Virus record (IMG/VR): IMGVR_UViG_3300036985_004314
Span: 1 to 37,211 of that record
Source: a virus
Taxonomy: Duplodnaviria; Caudoviricetes
Strand: one strand, 5' to 3'
Length of the DNA stretch: 37,211 bases
The number at the start of each line of letters is the position of its first letter. The stretch's first letter is position 1. Of the stretch, positions 32,186 to 37,211 are shown in pieces. Below the pieces are notes generated by a model. The model saw only the letters and a program-made list of their open reading frames with translations, was not told the DNA's origin and made no database searches. Made by a program: the position numbers and the translations under genes.

Positions 32186-34486
32186 GTGCCCAAAGCCAGT
32201 CCTATCCGCACGAACTTCAACGCAGGCGAGCTTTCGCCGCTGCTTGATGGCCGTGTGGATATCGCCAAGTACGAAGCCGGCTGCCGGGTCATGGAAAACT
32301 TCCTGCCCACCGTGCAGGGTCCGGCCGTGCGCCGCCCCGGCACGCGCTACGTGGCCGAGGTGAAGACCAGCGCCAACCGCACGTGGCTGGCCCGCTTCGA
32401 GTTTTCGACCACGCAGGCTTACGTGCTGGAGTTTGGCAACCAGTACATCCGGTTCTACACGAACCACGGCGTGCTGCTGAACGTCGGCGTGCCCTACGAG
32501 ATTGCAACGCCGTACACCACTGCCGACCTGACGGACGCGACGGACGGCACGTTCCGTCTGTCCATGGCCCAGTCTGGCGACATCATCTACATTGCTCACC
32601 CGAGCTACCCGCTGCAGAAACTCTCGCGCCTTGGTGCCACCAACTGGACGCTGACTGAGGTGGTCCTGACTAACGGGCCCTTCAAGACGCAGAACGCAGT
32701 GCGCACCACGACGATGTATGCGTCTGCCACCACTGGTGCCGGCGTCACGCTCACGGCCAGCGCCGCGACGTTTACCGCGGCCATGGTGGGCAGCTATGTC
32801 TACCTCGAGCCGGCGGACCTTTCCAGCATCAAGCCATGGACCGCGGGGCAGGAGTACACCGCCAACCCGCTGAACACCAAGCGGCGCTCAGACGGCAAGA
32901 CCTACAATTGCACCACCAACGGCACGCCGACCGCGGGCAAGGTCTGGCGCACTGGGCCAGACAAGCCTATCCACACTTACGGCACGCAGGCTGACGGCGA
33001 CTACGGCGGCAAGACCGGCACGAACGTGGAGCGTGAGGGCCTCGACTGGAACTTCGTAGACACGGGTTACGGTTACGTAAAGATTACCGCGTTTACCTCG
33101 AGCACCGTGGTGACAGTCACCGTGCAGGGTGACAACCCGCTGCCGGCTGGCGTGGTTGGCGTGGGCAACGCCTCGTTTCGCTGGGCGCTGGCTTCGTTTA
33201 GCGGGCAAGAGGGTTACCCGTCGAAAGTCACGTTCTTCCGCGAGCGTTTGACGCTAGCCAAGGGGCAGGACATCTACTTCAGCGTGTCCGGTGACTTCGA
33301 GAACTTTGCCTCGAAAGACAGCAGCGGCCAGATTGTGGCGGACCGCGCTATTCAGGTGAACATCAGCTCGGACCAAGTGAACCAAGTGCAGTGGCTGGTC
33401 CCGACGCAAGCGCTGATGATTGGCACTTCCGGCGGCGAGTTTGCCTGCATGGAGAACTCTACCAGCGAGGCGTTCGCACCCGGCAACGTCAAGATGGAGC
33501 TGCAGACCGCAGAAGGCTCGCGCACGGTGACGCCGGTGCGAGTGGGTTACTCGGTGCTGATGACGCAGGCCTCTGGCCGCAAGGTCAAAGAGGTCAGCTA
33601 CAACTTCCAGCAGAACGGCTACGTGACCGCGGACCTGACTGCTCTTGCTGAGCATGTTACACGCACGGGCATTCAGCAGACCGTGTGGCACCGGGAACCT
33701 TACGTTGCCATGTGGGCCGTGCGCACTGATGGCCAGTTGCTGGGCTTCACGTTCAACCGCGAGCAAGACGTGGTCGGCTGGCATCGGCATATTCTTGGCG
33801 GGGCCTTCAGCACTGGTGACGCCGTGGTGGAATCTGTGTCCGTCATTCCCTCGCCGGACCGTGACCACGACGAGCTTTGGCTCATCGTCAAGCGCACCAT
33901 CAACGGCACCACCAAGCGTTACGTGGAATACCTCGAAACCGAATACGCCGAGGGCAACTTGCAGGCTGATGCGTTTTACGTGGACTGCGGTGCTACGTAC
34001 TCCGGTGCGCCGGCTACGGTCATTAGCGGGCTTGGCTACCTCGAAGGCCAGACCGTGCAGATACTTGCTGACGGTGCAGCGCATCCTGACCGCGTGGTGA
34101 CCTCTGGCGCTATCACGTTGCAGCTTTCTGCTAGCAAGGTGCAAGTGGGCCTTGGCTACGTGTCCACCTTGCAGACCAACCGCATCAACGCTGGCGCTGG
34201 TGATGGCACTGCGCAGGGCAAAACCAAGCGCATCAACAAGTGCGTCATACGGTTCTACAACACGCTTGGCGCGAAGGCCGGCCCCGACGAGAACAACCTC
34301 GACGAGCTAAACTTCCGCTCCGGCTCGGACCTGATGGACCAGCCACCGCCGCTGTTTACCGGCGACAAGCTGATGGAGTGGCCAAGCGGTTACGACTTTG
34401 ACGGCTACATCATGGTTCGACAAGAGCAGCCGTTGCCCATGACAGTGGTGGCCATTATGCCGCAGCTGCATACTTTTGACCGATGA
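32186..34486 (+). CDS. Tail tubular protein B (nozzle)
   Basis: NFNAGELSP.L.GR.D, QGP..RRPGT, YPS.VTFFRERL, V.GWHRH, QPLP.TV motifs; 766 aa. Confidence 0.92.
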   Translation: MPKASPIRTNFNAGELSPLLDGRVDIAKYEAGCRVMENFLPTVQGPAVRRPGTRYVAEVKTSANRTWLARFEFSTTQAYVLEFGNQYIRFYTNHGVLLNVGVPYEIATPYTTADLTDATDGTFRLSMAQSGDIIYIAHPSYPLQKLSRLGATNWTLTEVVLTNGPFKTQNAVRTTTMYASATTGAGVTLTASAATFTAAMVGSYVYLEPADLSSIKPWTAGQEYTANPLNTKRRSDGKTYNCTTNGTPTAGKVWRTGPDKPIHTYGTQADGDYGGKTGTNVEREGLDWNFVDTGYGYVKITAFTSSTVVTVTVQGDNPLPAGVVGVGNASFRWALASFSGQEGYPSKVTFFRERLTLAKGQDIYFSVSGDFENFASKDSSGQIVADRAIQVNISSDQVNQVQWLVPTQALMIGTSGGEFACMENSTSEAFAPGNVKMELQTAEGSRTVTPVRVGYSVLMTQASGRKVKEVSYNFQQNGYVTADLTALAEHVTRTGIQQTVWHREPYVAMWAVRTDGQLLGFTFNREQDVVGWHRHILGGAFSTGDAVVESVSVIPSPDRDHDELWLIVKRTINGTTKRYVEYLETEYAEGNLQADAFYVDCGATYSGAPATVISGLGYLEGQTVQILADGAAHPDRVVTSGAITLQLSASKVQVGLGYVSTLQTNRINAGAGDGTAQGKTKRINKCVIRFYNTLGAKAGPDENNLDELNFRSGSDLMDQPPPLFTGDKLMEWPSGYDFDGYIMVRQEQPLPMTVVAIMPQLHTFDR

Positions 34487-34908
34487 ACATTGTCCCGTTT
34501 CAGCCGGAACATCTAAAGTACATTTCGCTGCAGCCGTCGCAGATAGTACTGCAGCCTGAGCTTGCCAAGGTGGACTACGGCCCGTCCCTGCTAGCTGCCG
34601 GGCCGTGCTACTCCGCGGTAGCTGGTGACGAGGTCATTGCCTCCGCTGGCTTCTACCCGCAGTGGGATGGCCGGGCAATTGTGTGGGCACTAGTGAGTGC
34701 AAATGCAGGCCGGCACTTCGTGAAGCTGCACCGGGCAGTATTGCGGTCATTTGAGATTCACCCGTTTCGCCGCGTGGAGACATGCGTGCTGGCCGGGTTT
34801 TCCGAGGGCTGCCGATGGGCCGAGATGCTGGGGTTCGAGCGCGAGGGCTTTATGCGTGCCTACGCGCCGGACGGTTCTGATTTCCACCTGTACGCAAGGG
34901 TGAAGTGA
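34483..34908 (+). CDS. GNAT-fold virion assembly protein (T7 gp13-like position)
   Basis: RW.EMLGFEREG.MR.Y motif; follows the nozzle gene. Confidence 0.75.
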   Translation: MNIVPFQPEHLKYISLQPSQIVLQPELAKVDYGPSLLAAGPCYSAVAGDEVIASAGFYPQWDGRAIVWALVSANAGRHFVKLHRAVLRSFEIHPFRRVETCVLAGFSEGCRWAEMLGFEREGFMRAYAPDGSDFHLYARVK

Positions 34909-34909
34909 C

Positions 34910-35482
34910 ATGGCTTTCGTAATTCCTATGTTTGCCGCTATCGGCACGGCGCTTGGCGCAAGCAGCGCAGCTGCCGCCACCGTTGGCATGCTAGCCACCA
35001 CTACCGCGGTATCCACCGTTGGCGCTCTTGCTGGTGCCAAGGCCCAGAGCAACCAGATGAAGTCGCAGGCCTATGCCGACGAGTTCAACGCAACTGTGCT
35101 CAAGCAGAACGCCGGGGTGGCCAGCGCCGAAGCAAACCAGCGCGAGGAACTGCAGCGCCGTCAGTTTGCTCAGTTGCAGGGTCAGGCCCTTGCTGGCGTG
35201 GCCCAGAGCGGCACCGGCTTTGGCGGGTCCAACCTTGACGTGCTGAACCAGAACGCCGTAAACGCCGAACTGGACGCCTTGAACATTCGCTACGAGGGGC
35301 AAATGCGTGCACGCGGTTTGCTTGCTCAGTCGCAACTTGAGACCATGCAAGCCAAGGCTCATCGCGCCGGTGCTCGTGACACGATGGCTGCCGGCTTCAT
35401 CAATGCAGGCTCCAACTTGCTAAGCGGTGCCACCAAGGCCTACGGCGTTTCCAAGGGCATGAACCTGTCAGGGCTGGGTTAA
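34910..35482 (+). CDS. Small internal virion/ejection protein (T7 gp14-like position)
   Basis: Hydrophobic Ala/Gly N-terminus, Gln/Ala coiled coil, AQSG...GS..DV motif. Confidence 0.8.
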   Translation: MAFVIPMFAAIGTALGASSAAAATVGMLATTTAVSTVGALAGAKAQSNQMKSQAYADEFNATVLKQNAGVASAEANQREELQRRQFAQLQGQALAGVAQSGTGFGGSNLDVLNQNAVNAELDALNIRYEGQMRARGLLAQSQLETMQAKAHRAGARDTMAAGFINAGSNLLSGATKAYGVSKGMNLSGLG

Positions 35483-35485
35483 TTC

Positions 35486-37211
35486 ATGGCTATCCGCATT
35501 GCTCAGTACGACCAGCGTACGACTCCCTCGACTGGCGGGGTGCAGGTATCTGCCCGCGGCGTGCAGGTTTCTGATGCCACCGCACGTGCCACGCAGGGCT
35601 TTGGTCAGGCTATCGGGCAAATGGCCGACGTGCTTGTCAAGAAAGAAGCCGACGATGCGGTAAGCGATGCCGGCAAGAAGGTCAGCGACGCCACCTTGCA
35701 TTGGTCCGAGTACTACCAGAACGCCAGCCAAAACGCTGCGCCGGGTGCGCCAAACTTTACCGGCACGATGCTTACCGAATTTGATACCTACGCGGAAAAG
35801 ACGCTAGAGGGTATCCCTCACCCAGTAGCTCGCAAGGTTGCCTCGCGCAACATGATGAGCCTGCGTGAGAACCTGCAGCTTAAGTCCATGGCGTTCGAGG
35901 CTCAGGCCGGCGTGACTAAGCGCACGGCGGACCTCGAAGGCAGCGTAACCAATTACAGTCAGATTCTGGCCGCGGACCCCACGCAATACGCTTTAGCCGA
36001 AAAGGCGGTGCTCGACCAGATTGCCAACGGCGGGTTTGGCCAGCAAAGCACCGAGATGGCCACTCGCGCCAAGCAGGCATTGAACGTGGCTATGGGCACC
36101 GGCCTCGTGCAACGCGACCCCACGGGCGCGAAGCGGGCGCTTGAGTTTACCTTTGGCATCGCTCAGCCCGTAGCCGCTAAGCCTGAAACGGCGGCCCCTG
36201 TAACCGTCGAAAGCGTGTGGCCCAAGGTGGAGCGTCAGGAGTCCGGCGGCAATCAGAACGCGGTCAGCTCTGCCGGCGCTGTTGGCGTGGCTCAAATCAT
36301 GCCCGACACCGGACCAGCCGCCGCCGCACTGGCCGGCCTGCCGTGGGACGAGCAGAAGTTTAAGACCGACGCCGCCTACAACCGTGCGCTGGGGCAGGCC
36401 TACCTTGCCAAACAGTTAAAAGACTTTGGGTCCATGGACAAGGCGTTGGCCGCCTACAACGCCGGACCCAACCGCCTCCGCAAGGAGCTTGCCAAGGGAG
36501 AGGGCGATTGGCTGAGCAGGATGCCCGCAGAGACGCGCAATTACGTTACCAGCATCTTGGGTGCCCCCGCGGCTAGCGCGGCTCCTGCGGCCCCGCAGAC
36601 GCCTCCTCCGAACCCGCAATACATCGAGTGGGCCAAGCGCCTGACGGTGCAGCAGGCGTCATCGTTCCTGACGGCAGCCGAGTCCGAGGTCAATCGCCAG
36701 CAGGCGGGTGCCCGGTCCAACATCGAGAACGTCATCACCGGCCACATTGCCGGCGCACAGAACGGCGTGGTCCCGGGTCAGCCCCTAACCGAGCAGCAGT
36801 TCACGATGGCCCTTGGGCCGGAGCAGGGCAGCCTGCGCTTTGCCCAGTACCAGCAGCAAATGCAGACGGGCGCTGATATCAATGCCATGAAAACCATGAC
36901 GCCGGTGCAGGCCAAGGCGCTCATTGACCGGGCTGCTCCGCCGGCCAATAGCGATGACCCGCTTTACGCCGGCTATGTGCAGCGTCAGGCCCAGCTTGTG
37001 CAGGCCTATGACCGCGTGCGCACCATGCAGACCGCAGACCCCATTGCCTATGCCATGGAGGTTAGGATTGGCGGCAAGCCGCTGAACTTCCAAGATAGCA
37101 AGGCCATGAGCGAAGAGCTGGCCAGCCGCGTTGGTCTGGCAACCACGATGCGCGACTCGTATTTCGCTAACAGGGAAATGAAGCTGCTCACGAACAACGA
37201 GGCCGAGGCGC
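35486..37211 (+). CDS. Internal virion protein with SLT lytic transglycosylase domain (continues to 978; about 858 aa in total); missing from the supplied ORF track
   Basis: My translation from ATG 35486 is open to the contig end and contains QESGG...AVSSAGAVGVAQIMPDT, ALAAYNAGP and ETRNYV (about 36230-36550). Confidence 0.92.
   Translation, partial: MAIRIAQYDQRTTPSTGGVQVSARGVQVSDATARATQGFGQAIGQMADVLVKKEADDAVSDAGKKVSDATLHWSEYYQNASQNAAPGAPNFTGTMLTEFDTYAEKTLEGIPHPVARKVASRNMMSLRENLQLKSMAFEAQAGVTKRTADLEGSVTNYSQILAADPTQYALAEKAVLDQIANGGFGQQSTEMATRAKQALNVAMGTGLVQRDPTGAKRALEFTFGIAQPVAAKPETAAPVTVESVWPKVERQESGGNQNAVSSAGAVGVAQIMPDTGPAAAALAGLPWDEQKFKTDAAYNRALGQAYLAKQLKDFGSMDKALAAYNAGPNRLRKELAKGEGDWLSRMPAETRNYVTSILGAPAASAAPAAPQTPPPNPQYIEWAKRLTVQQASSFLTAAESEVNRQQAGARSNIENVITGHIAGAQNGVVPGQPLTEQQFTMALGPEQGSLRFAQYQQQMQTGADINAMKTMTPVQAKALIDRAAPPANSDDPLYAGYVQRQAQLVQAYDRVRTMQTADPIAYAMEVRIGGKPLNFQDSKAMSEELASRVGLATTMRDSYFANREMKLLTNNEAEA
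37085..37211. repeat. Terminal direct repeat, copy 2
   Basis: Identical to 1-127. Confidence 0.97.

Overview
The window is an apparently complete, circularly assembled ~37.1 kb tailed-phage genome: bases 1-127 recur exactly at 37085-37211. It pairs podovirus morphogenesis genes of the epsilon15/BPP-1 type (TerS, TerL, portal, scaffold, capsid, tubular tail A/B, ejection proteins, tail fibre) with a lambdoid-style early region (Exo + RecT-like pair, Cro-like, RusA, replication initiator + DnaC-like loader). A lysis cassette with nested spanins implies a Gram-negative host. I found no integrase, CI-type repressor, DNA/RNA polymerase, tRNA, CRISPR or DGR. Best leads: (1) a 2553-aa ejection-type polyvalent protein with about seven cargo domains (zincin, two ART-like, HDxxGH, SAM-lyase-like, HhH-glycosylase-like, one unknown) separated by a recurring linker motif; (2) a promoter-defined three-way-junction small RNA at 19689-19740 whose loop is complementary to a GAACGGAG(A) motif at the ribosome-binding sites of four leftward early genes; (3) repeated promoter/hairpin/RBS cassettes driving those genes; (4) GCTAGC(A) iterons shared by the replication gene and its own promoter; (5) apparent GATC avoidance. 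All calls come from reading motifs by eye; no database search was run.
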